DNA of 52,575 nucleotides, taken from contig JAHLWZ010000421.1 of the NCBI GenBank assembly GCA_020536535.1, positions 1-52,575 of the forward strand, written 5' to 3'. The notes under the pieces were generated by a model. It saw only the letters and a list, made by a program, of their open reading frames with translations, was not told the origin of the DNA and ran no database searches. Shown in pieces: positions 23,958-37,500 of this stretch. Both the position numbers and the translations under genes were made by a program. Numbering within the stretch: position 1 is the first letter of the stretch; each line of letters begins with the position of its first letter. Origin of the DNA: Pelomyxa schiedti. Its lineage: Eukaryota; Protista; Evosea.

Positions 23958-25476
23958 ATGGCGTCGACGGAAGACACGACGGGTAGCCTTGTGTGGGGGG
24001 CGCAGCAGCAGTCGTCGGGGGGCGGTGCTGGTGCGGGTGCGGGGGTTGTGTACTGCACCACCACGCCAAACGGGAACAACACAGCAGCGGGGGGGGGGCG
24101 GCACCAGCGGCACACAGCCGCAGCTGCAGGGGGGTGGTGGAGGGGTGATGATGCCGATGATGCAACAGCAACAGCAACAGCAGCAGCAGCAACAAGGGGA
24201 GGGGGGCGGGGGCGGGGGGTACGCGAGCAGCGTGGGGGTGGTGGGGGTGGGGGGTGCGGGGACGCGGGAGGGGGGGGCCGGCGACGGCGGGGGGGCGACG
24301 CCACCTACCGAGCCACTAGAGCAATGTATTTGCTCATTGGTGTTTGTTTGTTTGTTTATTGTGCACTAACATACATTTGTAGTAGTGTGTTTGTAAATTT
24401 CAAGTATTTTGTTTCTCTTAAGTTTAAAATTTAAAGTGGTTTTGTTGGTTAGTTTTTTTCTTTTTTTTTTCCTGGTTAACTGATGTAACCTACTGGGACT
24501 GGGAAGCACTCATGCCGGCGACATTGCAATTGATACATCAATATGCGTACCTTGACACCACGAACCCTGCTACTCCAATCACAAATCCGGCAACACCCAA
24601 CTCACTGCACGAACCATATGTATACACCAACGCCACACAGTACACACATAACCAACCGCATCCGTATCAACTGTGCACTACCGAGAACGGAGAGCAGGTA
24701 ATTCTGGATCAAATGGGTGGAATCTATGCCCCATCAATGCAAATGTGTGGGGTGAGTCTCCCTTCCATTATCAGTTAATGCATGATAGGGAACTATCTGC
24801 AGACGGTTATGAACTGCCTCTCGATTACTCTGATCCAAAGTAACCTTGGGTCAAAAAAAAGACTTCTAACTCCAAATAGTAGTCCAACAGAGGAATACCA
24901 AACAAGTCCACGGAGATCAAAAAAAGTCGCGAAGCGGCCTACAAAGGACCTTCCCGAAGACAGGTTTCTCCTTGCATCACATTCTTTGATAATCCCCTTG
25001 TAGTTTGGCACAGCGAAGAGCAAAAAACCGGATGTCTGCTTCAATATCACGGAAACGGAAAAAGGAATACATAGCAACGCTGGAACAAACAAATACCAGA
25101 CTAACAACGGAAAGACTGGAGCTTCAACTGAAAGTGGCCACTCTTACAAACTATGCATGGGAATTAAAGCTCAAAGTTTGTTATACCTTTCCTTATCTGT
25201 AATAACAAACATCAGGTTGACGAAATGGAGAAACAGTGTGGCTCCCTAGAAATCGAACGCGAAGAAATCCTCAAAACCCTGGCACCAGCCCCATCATCAC
25301 CCAGCCAACTACAAGCACTCTCACAAGTGTATCACAACCCACAAGAGGCCACACAAGAAGCCCAAGCTGCCAGAGTCATTGACATCAAGCCCATAATTCC
25401 ACCCACACCACCCGAAAACACTCCTATAAAGCAAACGCAACCACCCCCACTTATCCTCGGAGGCCCTCACCTGTAA
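23958..25476 (+). CDS. bZIP transcription factor (start at 23958 needs a frameshift in G10 run; alternative ATG 24148)
   Basis: Basic region + zipper RRAKNRMSASISRKRKKEYIATLEQTNTRLTTERLELQLKVATL (~25010-25150). Poly-Q N-terminus. Confidence 0.85.
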
Positions 25477-25601
25477 AGCAATTCAGTAAATCAACGAGCA
25501 AAACAAGCCTACAAACATTCTCCTTTTCCAGACTTCATTCGTTCATCAGTTGCATCTCTAAATCTTGTCAAAAATTAAAAAAAAAAAAAGCAATTTCAGT
25601 G

Positions 25602-26373
25602 ATGATAAAGGTATCGTGGCATATCATTACATCGATAGCACAATGGTACGAGAAAATGGGAGTGCCGGATGCTGAAAGTGTACTCAAGAGGCTCGATCAA
25701 ACCGCGGTGTTGCTCGACGCAAAGTGGAAAATACCATGCACTTCAATGAGGTGTCTTCCTTTGGTTTCTTTTCTTTTTTTTGTTAGAGTGTAATGTGAAG
25801 GTTTGGGATTTCTCCAATCATTGGCGTTGTTCCAGGCGTTGGTGATACAATTTCTGCTGTGATTTCTTGTGCACCAGTGATTGAAGCCTTTCGTTTGAAG
25901 GTAACCAGTAAAAGGAACGAATTCCTGTCTGATATGTGTTTGTAAAACAGGTGGGGGTGGAAGTACCTGTGAAGATGCTGGGGAATATCTTATTGGACTG
26001 GGCCGTGGGGATTATTCCTGTGTTTGGTGATATGTTTGATTTTGGATTCCGAGAGAACCTGAGAAATGTTGCACTTCTGGAGCACGAACTGAGGAGGCAA
26101 GGCAGACTAGAGAGTCCAACAGAGGAACTTCTCCCGAATATATGCAAAGTGGCTGGTTCATGTGGTGTGAAAATGGGCCTCCAGCCAACCGGTAGAACGG
26201 CAGTGTTACTCACAAAAGTCTCAAAAAAGGTATCCTTGTGCAAAAGAATCAACAGGAGAATAGGCAGTAAGGTTTGGAATTGGTCACAAACACAAGCAGC
26301 CAGTGCTCTCCAGCACACTCACAGGCGATTTGCATTCCACTCTATGTCAAGAGCATGGCCCCCACACTCCTAA
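25602..26373 (+). CDS. DUF4112 domain membrane protein
   Basis: RLDQTAVLLDAKWKIPCTSMRFG..PIIGVVPGVGD and KMLGNILLDWAVGIIPVFGDMFDFGFRENLRNVALLE match the DUF4112 pattern. Confidence 0.85.
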
Positions 26374-26517
26374 AGAACCCACTCTCATCTCTGCGTGTCC
26401 ACCAAACACCGCTTTTGACCAACTTTCGTCCCTTTTTTTTTTTGATTTATTCCCATCAACACAAGAAGAACGGTTTTTGATTGCAGGTGTTGAGGCGTCG
26501 CTCTTGTGAGAGGCAAA

Positions 26518-27780
26518 ATGTCGTTCTTGTTCTCGGCACCCAAGAAAACACCCAAGGGTGAGTGTGTATTATGGGCGCGATTACCATGCCCGTGACTGAT
26601 ATTTTAAACAAAACAAGGCCCTCTAATTCCTTTTTTTCTTATTTTATTCCAAGAGGTGATGAGAGAGCAACGCAGGGAGATACAGCGGAGCCAACGAAGT
26701 TTGGATCATGAAATATATGTATGCATTTGTAACTCAATAATAACGGCTGCTTTATCCTTACATTCGAATAAGGCATTACAACGTCAAGAACAAAAGGCCA
26801 TCCTTGAAATAAAAAAAATGGCACGGTATTAACCCACAAATTACTAAGTACCTACTGTACTTACATCGTACTAAAGCCAAGGGCAAACCAGTGCTGCACG
26901 AATGTTGGCAAAGGAATTAGTAAACATACGGGACCAGAAGTCAAAATTAATCACCGCGAAATCACAGATGTCTACTATAAGCACCAAAACTGCAGTATGT
27001 AAATTTTCCGGTTAAAACTAGCATCAACCCCTTCGACAGACTGCTGCTGCCACACACGCCACAGCTACAGCTTTGTCTGGTGCCACAAAGGTATTCTTTT
27101 TGTTTCCCTTCAAATGAGGGTAAATTTTAAAATTTACCACGAGTATAACTCTAGGCTATGACTGTTGCCAATGCTGCTACATCCACAACTGAAGTAACCA
27201 ATATCATGACGGAATACGCTAGACAATCTGAATTAATGGACATGAAGCAAGAGTAAACTGCTGACCCTTTCCTTCTTTCAACCTAACAACACCCATACAG
27301 AATGGTCAGTGATGCACTGGATGACCCTCTAGTAGATGAAGAGGCAGATGAAGTTGTGGACCAAGTCCTTGAGGGAATTGGCATTGAAGTAGGCGAACAG
27401 GTTTGTACTGCAGCCTAACACAAAATACAAACANNNNNNNNNNNNNNNNNNNNNNNNNNNNNNNNNNNNNNNNNNNNNNNNNNNNNNNNNNNNNNNNNNN
27501 NNNNNNNNNNNNNNNNNNNNNNNNNNNNNNNNNTGCACTGGATGACCCTCTAGTAGATGAAGAGGCAGATGAAGTTGTGGACCAAGTCCTTGAGGGAATT
27601 GGCATTGAAGTAGGCGAACAGGTTTGTACTGCAGCCTAACACAAAATACAAACACTCACTGTACCTTTCTAGTTGGATGAAGCCAAGGTGCCAGTAACTA
27701 AGGTGGCCACACCAAAGAAAAGTGCTGCTGAGGAGGATGCTGAACTGGACGCAATGATAGCAAAACTGGTCCGTTCATGA
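26518..27780 (+). CDS. CHMP2: ESCRT-III Snf7-family protein, CHMP2/Vps2-like (interrupted by assembly gap)
   Basis: KTPKEVMREQRREIQRSQRSLD..EQKAILEIKKMA..GQTSAARMLAKELV..R; EYARQSELMDMKQEMVSDALD; EADEVVDQVLEGIGIE; C-terminal MIM-like ELDAMIAKL. Confidence 0.9.
27313..27654. repeat. 121-bp exact duplication (27313-27433 = 27534-27654) flanking a 100-N gap; assembly overlap
   Basis: Identical sequence on both sides of the N run. Confidence 0.9.
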
Positions 27781-27899
27781 GCATTGTCTGTGTATGGTGT
27801 GCGTGGGCTATTGTGTGTTTATAAAAGAAAAAAGAAAAACTATAGGGTAGAAGCTGGTTTTTTTTTTTTTTTTTTTTTGTCAGAGGCAAAACTTGTTTG

Positions 27900-28761
27900 T
27901 TAGTGGTAGAGGATCTCCCTCATCATCGAAAAAACGTGGGCCTGTTTCTGAATAAACATGTTCACCATCATAGCTGGAATGTTGCCCTTTGGATCCATAT
28001 CTGGAACTTTAGTTAGTGCAAAAGGAAGGAAGGGGGAAAAAAGGCGAGCCTACGGGCAATTCGCGTAACATGACATGTACTCGGGCCTGTTGGCACAATC
28101 TTGAAAACGACTACTGGACTGACAGCCCTCACGTAGTTCTTGCCAATTGGCGCCTCAGCGTGACCAACTGAGGTCCCGTAGAAGAATAGTGTGCCGTTTT
28201 CGCCTTCACCTTCGGCGAAGTCGCCAAAGCACACAACTGTCTCGCGGGGAGATATCATAATGGGAGCAGTTGAGCGTATAATCCACATCTGCCGGTCGAA
28301 TGTTGTTTTGTGAGTTATGGGTTAACTGACACGAAGTGGATACTCACCGAGTACTGGTCATTTGGGCAATTCATCTTCACAACCTCAGCCACCTCGGGGC
28401 TGAATCTGCGAAAACAAGTTAGAGACGCCCGCCCCTGCTAACTAATTGTGGGAGAGGGAGACCGGCCGGCGGGCCTTGCTTACTTTTTACGGGCGGCGGG
28501 GTCGCTTGTCTTCAACAAAGCGAGTACGGCGGGAGCCGGGGCGGCGAAATCGGCCTCGCCCTTGACCAAGTGCACGGAGCCGACGGGGGGTGGGCGCGAG
28601 AACAGGCGTATGTCGTCGTTTGGCGACTTCTCGGAGTGCGAGACTGGCTGCCACCCGGCCTCGTCGAAGGCCAGCGCCCTCGCCTCGGCCTTCTTCGCGT
28701 CCATTATGGTCTTTACAGAATCTGCGTCGGTCACGGTGGGGTACTCGGCTGTGGCGGCCAT
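27900..28761 (-). CDS. START/SRPBCC lipid-binding domain protein
   Basis: GWQPV...IRLFSRP..VHLVKGE; APIMISPRETVV; GTSVGHAEAP..NYVRA; CHVTRIA..DMDPKGNIPAMMVN. Confidence 0.85.
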
Positions 28762-28815
28762 CAGTTGTTTTTTTTGTTTCACCGTTACGAGAAAACGAAA
28801 TCATCAAAACAAAAA

Positions 28816-29420
28816 TGTACGGTGGTACCCGTGCGAAAGGCATACCGCACCACGCAGGACTTATGACATTATTGGTAAACGCATGGTGCGCGTCAACGAA
28901 GCAGCAAAGGGTGCAAGACAGTGATCGAAGGCCTTCTCTTCAACGACTAAAGTGGTTTAAGAAACATGCTAACCCACACTTCATTGAACCGGTCAGGGAC
29001 TACGATGATACAGTTACCATCCCATTTTCCCCTCTTGAAAGTCCGTTAGTCCCTACTGCTTCAGCCCCTTTACGTGGTCTGCCATGCAGATCTGTGGACT
29101 TCAGCTCGAGATTAGTAAAATGAAGTTGAGAGATGCAGAGAGGAAATTGCGAGAGTCTGAGAAGTAAGCCTTTTATTTTTTTGTTATGATCATGTACTAC
29201 TTACAAAAGATAAGCCGCTGCCAAATGCGACGAGAACAGCAAAGCACCGGCTTCTTGGGGAGGGACCACCACCGGCGGGAGTGCCAACAACAATGGTAGC
29301 AACAGCATCAGTGGCAACATGGGACATGGCACCTGGAATTTTATTTGGCTCCTCACACTCGTTGGCTCGATCTATGCCGTACACTGTGGCATTCAGCAAG
29401 GGAAGCTCCAGCAGTAATTC
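28816..29420 (+). CDS. Possible small hypothetical gene (coiled-coil stretch LEISKMKLRDAERKLRESEK); structure unresolved
   Basis: AAAATG start context, splice-like signals and coding-like composition, but no consistent model or family. Confidence 0.25.
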
Positions 29421-29781
29421 CAGGAACACGTGACCGAATTCTCTGGCAGGAAATTCTGTGTTTGCTCATTACAACAGCAGCACCATCAGTAGTCCACAAT
29501 TCCTACATCACCACTGAATGCTTTCCTTCACATACAAATCTACCCTGCTGTTTTTTCTGATAGTGAAGTTTGTTGTGGCAGAGGCCCGTTTCGTAGATTC
29601 CAGAGCCATTCTCAGGGGAACGCAGGGCGATATGAGACAGCTGTCTTGCAGCCCGTTGTGACCAGTAATCCCATGATAAGGAACTGGAGATGACGATGGA
29701 TCGGCGTCGCAGAAAACAAACACAGTGCGAATTCGGGTGATTGTTCATCTTTGTAGCCGCACCTTCGGTGGGAGTAGCGAG

Positions 29782-32700
29782 ATGTCGTCGAATGGTGCAC
29801 CCCCTCCTCCATCCCCTGCTCCCTCTACACAACCCCAACAATCAACAGCCGCGGTCAGGCTCGCACACCCCCCGCCCCCCAGATCTGGCGGCACCGCCCC
29901 GCCACCGCCGTCGCCCACCACCACGACCACCACCTCATCATCGTCGTCAACATCATCATCAACCAGCACAGCCTCAAGAAGCACAACGAGCAGCAGCAGC
30001 AGCAGCACGGGGGGTAGCAGCGGGGCGCAGCCACCACAGAGCACGGCGGCGTCTGTTGTTGCGTCGTTCTTGCACCACTATCTGCCTCAAACCCCGGCTC
30101 CCCCGCCACCGTCCCAACAACAACAACAACAACCCGGCTCCAAATCTACACACCCACCACAGAGGCTCATACTCAAATCAAAGGTATGTATATATTATGC
30201 CCCCTGCCTACCTATCTTCTTATTATGTTCGGCCTGCGACACCCATATATATTAGGGACTGGTTAAATTGAACCCTGACCCCACTTTCCCCAATGTCACG
30301 TTTTTGGATTTGAGCTTCAATAATTTCACCGTATCTTCCATACTAGGTTTTGTTTTTCTAAACCTCACCTCCAGAAAATTCCACCAGAGCTTATGCAGAT
30401 GCCCCGGCTTCAGACACTCAAGTAGTCGCCAGTTCATTTCCTAACTCAGTAAAATCTCTCAGACTATTTTCCAACACAATCACTGTTATATCCAACGACC
30501 TTTGTCACTGTGCTTCCCTTGTTACTCTCGATTTAGGGTTTGCAAGCAAGTACCTTATTGCATGGTCACACTTTCAACAGGAAGAACAAAATCGACAAAA
30601 TCCCATCTCACATCACTCTGCTTACAAACCTCAAAGAACTAGACCTTAGTTTCAACAAGATAACTGCTGTAAGACTCAACTTTGGCAGCACTTGCTAATA
30701 TACTACTAGAGCTCTTTTCCACCCGAGTTCGGCAGGATGACATCTCTTCAAACACTTACCCTCAGCATAAACGGTTTGGCATCTCTACCTGCATGTTTAA
30801 GTGATTTTTCGACACTTGAAGCTGTATGTTATTTCTGCTGATAATTGAGGTAATAATGAACCATAGATTGATGTTTCCCACAACGACTTGACTACAATTC
30901 CCTATTCTGTACGTTTTTTTCCATTTCGTAGCAAAGCTTATAAACTACAGTTAGACCAAATGAGAGGTCTAAGTTCCTTGTCCTTATGTGGCAATTCTCT
31001 GAAAACAGTACCAAATTTTCAGTCCTTATCACAATTAACAAGGTACCAAATAATGTATCATCAACCACATTGTAATCAAATCTAAAAGACTTGACTTACG
31101 GTGCAATATGTTAGTGGAATTGCCCCCTGAAATAGGTTGGAATAGAATCGCAACTGTTATTCTAACTTTGTCCCAAGGATGGCTCATTAATCTCACATCA
31201 CTTCTTTTACAAAAAAATCTCCTTATTCGGCTACCAATTGAGATTGGACAACTTGGTTCTGTGAGAGAGCTCAACATTGGAGACAACATGCTGGAAGTAC
31301 TTCCCTCTTCACTGCGGGCTCTCTCTTCTCTCAGGAAGCTTCTTGCGTGGCACAATCAACTCACTTACATACCAAGTGAGCTGGGTGACATGCATCTCAA
31401 CGAAGTGGATTTATCATTCAATAGCCTTCTGTCGTTGCCAGACACACTCAGTATCATGAATACGTTGGGTGTTGTGTCAGTCTCACACAATAGGCTAACC
31501 GAGTTTCCTGTCAATTTGCCAACTGTGTTGGTACCTCTTTGTCGGTAGTATCAACTCTAATTTTATGTACAGTGTGAGCTTGACCTTTCAAGTAATGAGA
31601 TTGCTGCAATTCCATCTACGATCCAACAGTACACAAGTCTTAGAGCTCTCAATGTTTCACTCAATAGACTCTCCTATTTACCACATGATGTTGGTCACCT
31701 AGGCCGACAATTAATGTATCTGAGTTCCCTGTATTTTTTCCCCTAATTTAATCACATTAGTGATTTCTCCCTTGGCTTCAACAAACTTTGTACAGTACCA
31801 GAGGAGCTAGGTGTTCTTGGGTCCCTTGTGAAACTAAACCTGGGTGCAAATAACTTGGGAAATGTCCCTGCTTCTTTGGGTACACTGCACTCGCTCCAAC
31901 AGCTTTTACTTGGTTTTAACCATGTGTGTATCCCCTTATTTTTAGTTTAGAAATTTACCTCGTGCAGCTTGTGGATCTCCCAGATAACCTAGCTGGTTTG
32001 ACTTCCCTGAACCTATTGCAGCTCTCTGGGAATCACTTCAATAGAATTCCTCCAGTGGTGCTGACTATGTCTCATCTTCGTACTCTTTATCTTTCTGTGA
32101 ACAATATTGGGGCTATTCCAAAAGACATAACGCGATTAGTGGAACTTGAAGTTCTTGACTTTTCTGGTAACCCCATTAAAGATGTACATTCCCCACCTCT
32201 TGTCTTTGTGGAACCAATCCTATTAGGCCACGCAAATTGGGGAGTTGTTTACTCTCAAGGACCTCAACTTGTCGTTTTGCGGTCTAAAGAAAGTTCCAAA
32301 GCCTTTTTACAATCTAACTAGTCTCGCTGGTCTCTTTTTTTTTGTATTTATTCTTTCCCTCTAAATTTCTAAGATTTGTACCTTGCGGGAAACAAGATTA
32401 GTGAAGTTTCAGAGGGGCTAGGACAACTTCCTTCCTTGCACCAACTTGTGCTTTCACATAACAAACTCTCAGAGGTTTTGCAAATTTCAAACCTTGAAAC
32501 AATATAAATATAACCTGCACAGATACCTCCCTTTATGCGGCCCCCAAACAAAAAATTATGGCTGAGAAGTGAAGGAAATTTGGATGTGGATAGAATTCGT
32601 TTCAAGTACAACACTACACAACATTCCAATGAACCCCAGGCACGAGGTAGAAGAGCTAAGGTAAGTTGTTCAGTGATTGAGTGAGATCACTGATGAAGCA

Positions 32701-34270
32701 CAGATTGCATGGTCTGAGACTTGTGGGAGAAGACCAGACATGCAAGGCAAGTACCCCATTTTTCTCATTGCTAATTTTACCCAGATTCTATGTGTGTTAT
32801 GCCAACTTTCCGGGGAGTTCCAACCAATCACTTTGCGGCAATATTTGATGGACACTCTGGGTGCTCAACATCACAGGTTTACTTTGCTAGCTGTGGAGAT
32901 GCTTAATATCCAGACAGTATTGCGGGCAACACTTTGTAGAAGTACTCACGGAAAAGCTGACCCTTTCTGCTCCAGCCCAGGCTCTACTTCAAGCATTCAA
33001 AATCATGCAAACTCAGATATACGAGCATCAATTTAGTGATGGCACTACAGCTATTACTGTATTAGTAATGGATGAAGAGGTACCTCTCATTTACCGTGAA
33101 ACCAACTCACTCCAGTAGTTAATCGTTGGGAACGTTGGAGACTCAAGAGGTTGCTTTTCACCCTTGTAGCATAGTAACAAAATACATTAGCTGTACTCTG
33201 CCAGGGTGGGCGTGCTGTTCCTCTCTCTCAGGACCACAAACCTGACTTGGAGAAAGCGAAAATACGCCAGCGAGGTATTCCTTCCGTTTTTAAGAGGTTT
33301 CAGCAAAACCAAAACAAAAAGGTGGGTTTGTCACCCCAAATGGGAGAACTAATGGAGAATTGGCCCTCTCAAGATCTCTCGGGGATACATCATTAAATGT
33401 TTTCTAACTCCACAAAATTTCAACTCAACCATCTCACCTCTAATCTCAGCCATATGTTAGCAGTGAACCGGACATTAAACACTACCCCCTCTCCCCCAAT
33501 GATGAGTTTGTAATACTGGCATGCGACGGAATCTGGGATGTATTATCATCTCAACAAGCTGTAAATATTGTAAGGTAAGTATAACCCCGGACCTCGCGCC
33601 CACGTCGTCCCATCACACACCGCGTCGCATTCCCATTCGCGCTCACTAACTTCAAAACAGATCAACACTCTACGGAGGTTGCTCCAATGTAATAACTAAC
33701 AACGAGAACGCCACACTGCCCCTCATGCCACAACCCACCACCACTCCCCCAACGCCCCCATCCCACGCCCACACTCCCGGCCTGTTCAGCCCCCGATCCA
33801 CACACACGCCAACCACACAACAGCAGCAGCAGCAAGCCCAGCAACAACAACAACAAACGGGGCTGCTGCCCCGGCCGCACTCACCACACCTCCAGCCCCA
33901 ACCACAGCAGCAGCAGCAGCAGTACAGCAGCTACAGCAGCAGCCGCTCCAGCCCCGTCCTGTCCTCCTCGCCGGCCCCGCCCACTCCTTCCCTGTTCTCG
34001 ATCCTCAACACGAACAGCAACGGCAGCAGCAGCAGCAACTCGCCGCCCACTGCGTCGACATCGCCGCCGCCGAGGCCCACCACGCCGCCGTATGCGCCGT
34101 CGTCGCCGTCCACGCCGCACTCGGGGCACAGCGTGCACTGCACGCACTGCGGGGGGACCCTGGGCGGGGGTGGCAACACCCTGCGGGCCGCCGTGGCCCT
34201 GCGCGACGCAGCGTACATCCTGGGCAGTGCTGACAACCTCAGTGTAATTGTGCTACAGTTTCAGGACTGA
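29782..34270 (+). CDS. Leucine-rich-repeat + PP2C protein phosphatase (PHLPP-like architecture)
   Basis: Many LxxLxLxxNxL repeats at 30300-32470. PP2C motifs [66 protein letters not shown]. Confidence 0.92.
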
Positions 34271-34503
34271 ACAGTCGAGGGAGATTAAAAATACAAAACC
34301 CACATGTTTACGTCCGTTTACTAAACATCGGATTCTTTGTAGCAAAGCATGCAAGAGCTTTTTTTTTTGCTGTTGGCCCGCATTGTGCTTCCAGCCAGTG
34401 TGTGCCTCCATCGTTACAAGGCACCTCCTGGCTGGAAAAACAATTTGTGCTAAAACAAAAAACACATGGCTTTTTTTACAACACAAGCATTAGCTGATTA
34501 TGG

Positions 34504-37500
34504 TCATGATGAGGTGAAGGTACCCAGGGTGGGCAACAAGCCCTCGTGGGTTGCCTGTGACAGGTGTATCTGTTGCAGGAGGGGCATCGCTTGCTTCTTG
34601 TTGATGCTGCTTCCTGCTGTTCTGTGTGGCTGTGGCTGTTGTGACTGTGATTGTTGTTGCTGTTGTTGCATTCTGAGGTGGTGCTGTTGCATCTGTAGCT
34701 GCTGCATTGCCTCCTGCTGTTGTCTCTGGTCCCTCAGTAGTACCAGGTCTTCCTGTGTTGTTGTGCTTTTGACTGCCCTGCCCCCTGGTGGCCTCATTCC
34801 CATTGGCATCCCCATCATCCCCACTGCTCCCATTCCCATTGGTCCCATTCCCATCCCTGTGCCCATCCCCATTGGTCCCATTCCCAGCGGCGACAGTGGG
34901 TAGTTTGATGAGGCCAGTATTTGTTGCGGGCTCCTTAGCATTGCGCCGCTTCCGCCACTAGAATTCCCGCGGGAATCAGACAGAAGGGGCGATTGGTACT
35001 GTGCCGCGTACATATAGGCACCGGCACCTGTGGGTTCCATCATGGCAAATCCAGGATTCTGCATGGCTTTGGACGCGCCGGATTTGTTGTCTCTGTGAAG
35101 ATGAGGTTAGAAAGTAGATGGGACACGGGAAAATTACCTCGTGCCGTGAGGCCGTGTGAAGTTGCTGTGAGAAGAGTGGGGAATTCCGGTATGTGCATAT
35201 TGTGGTGAGGAATGTGGAGGTACTAGCTGCATTTGCCCGGGGACATAGGCTTGCTTGAAGTTGAAGGTAGGAACTCTGGGGTCTCCGCCGTGGATGTCCC
35301 AGCCTTGTAGTGCGGCTCCCGACTTCAATGAGTGCGGAGACATACCCATGCCGAATTGTGATTGGCGTGAACCGGAAAAGGAATCGTCGCCTGTGGTATC
35401 AGAAATGTTGACCCCCTCGAGGAATGGCTGGTCTATTGGGCCGAGAGGCATTCCCCGCCTTAGTGAGTGGCGAGGGGCTGGAGAGGCGGCTGGGGTTGAA
35501 GCTGCGACGGACGGCGACTGCGCATATGGCGGCACAATGGTGTTTTTGTGGTGCAGAAGTTGTTGTTTGATTGCATGAGGCATTGCTGTGTCTGGGGAAA
35601 TGGGTTGTTTCCTCTTGGTTGTCATTCCACTTTGGGGAACTGGAAGGGAACCGATTGGAAGAAGTTGTGATTGAACAGGTGAGGGGCCGTGCATGTGCTT
35701 AGAGTGTGGGTCGGGTGACATGGGGAGATCGTTTGATGGAACGCCTTTCAGAATAGAGTCAATTGATGGAAGTTGCTGCGCTGGGGATCTTTGTGGCACT
35801 GAAGGTTGTAGTTGTATTTGCTGTTGCGGAGTGGGGAGTGGAATTTGGGAATGTGACTCAGTTTGGGGGTGTGAATGTGCTGGGATTGAGTAAGGTTGTT
35901 GCTCTGGCGGTATTTCCTTCACAAATTCTACGTCAGAATCAACTACAGAGGTATGCGGAATTTGTTGGAATTGTTGACAGTACTCCCGGTTTTGGATGAG
36001 TGTTGTACTTGAAGCCGGAGGTAAATATAGGGGTGCCGCTGCCTGTCTTTTCTTTTTACTGGGCACCCTTTTGTATGGAGTCTTTTGGCTGAGATGAAAT
36101 TGTTATAACTTCAATAAGCGAATATTGGGAAAACGTACTGCTGATCCATAAACAAGTATGTTGAAGCATAGTAACCCAACGATGACTGGTCTAATTTTCC
36201 AGGTCTGGGTGATTCTTGAAGCTCTTCCTAGACTCGGGTAAGGTGATTTGCAAGTATTACTCGGTCTTACATGTAAAAAGGACGCAAACCGAGTCAACAG
36301 AGGTATTGTTGGCAATCCATTGGCAGCTCTACAAATCTCGGAATATTCTGACTGTATTACAATGGCTCAGATTGGTAGTTACTACCAAATAAGAAAACCT
36401 TTGTTGTTCGAACCGACTGGGCTAATTTAGTGGGATCCGCAGGACACCTAATCAAACTGTGCAGAGATGAAGTTGGACTCTGAGCATTAGCAATATTCCG
36501 CAAAGATTGGGTGCACTGCTGTGCCCATATTTGCATAGCAATTCCAAGGTGGATATTACACCGCTTGATGGATAGAGGGAGGAATTGAGAAGGAACCACC
36601 GGTTGCGGTTGCAGTGTGGGTTCTGGTACTAGGCCTGTCGCAGAGGCTGCCATGTTAGCTAAAAGCTCTGCCGAGGAGCAAGGTCCTTGAAGTACGGGAT
36701 CTACTTTGTATCGTTTTTTCTCAGACCCGTGAGGAGCAGATGAATCCAGTGGTTGGTGAGACCTTTTTGACTTGTGATGTTTATGGTGCTCCTTGTCACT
36801 GCTTTTCTTCTTAGACTTGGAGGAACGAGATCCGGGTGATGGACTCTTTTTACGTGGAATTAGGGAGAAATTGTGATTGAATGTGAACAGAAACCTGGGA
36901 ATGTCGATGACTCTTCTTATGATGCTTTTTTGTAGTTGGGACCACCGGGTCAAGAAGCGGTAACATTGTAGAGGCCTCGCTACTTATTCCCTAAGTATGC
37001 AGTTTCACAGGGTACATTAGCCACAAACGAAGGACATCATTCCGCATACAGTGAAGTACTCATTCCAACGAGTTTGTGGGCCAGAAACAAATATAAATGG
37101 CTCTTCATCCGCGATCGAAGGAGAATTGGCGTTTTGATTGCTGGAGTGTGAGAGAGGGTCAATTTGTGGAACAGGAAGCTGAGAGCTGGAGCTCGATTTA
37201 CTGGTCTTGGATTTTGCTTTGGAGGGTTTTGAAGCTCGTTTGGTTTTTGACTTGGAACCCGTTGCCGCGTTGTTACTGGAACTAGTGCGGATTGGGGATG
37301 CGGGGGGGGATATCTCAACGTAGGGAGATTTGTAGTTGACACCGTCTCGAGTTTCCAGGTCACCTAACTCATCTTCTCCTGGTGACCACCTCCTTTTTGG
37401 TTTCCGTTCTGCATGCAAATAGGTGAAAATTGGGAACAAGTAGTGAAAATCTCACCGGTTCTTAACCTCATTGTCATCCCCGGCTTGATATTATCTTCTG

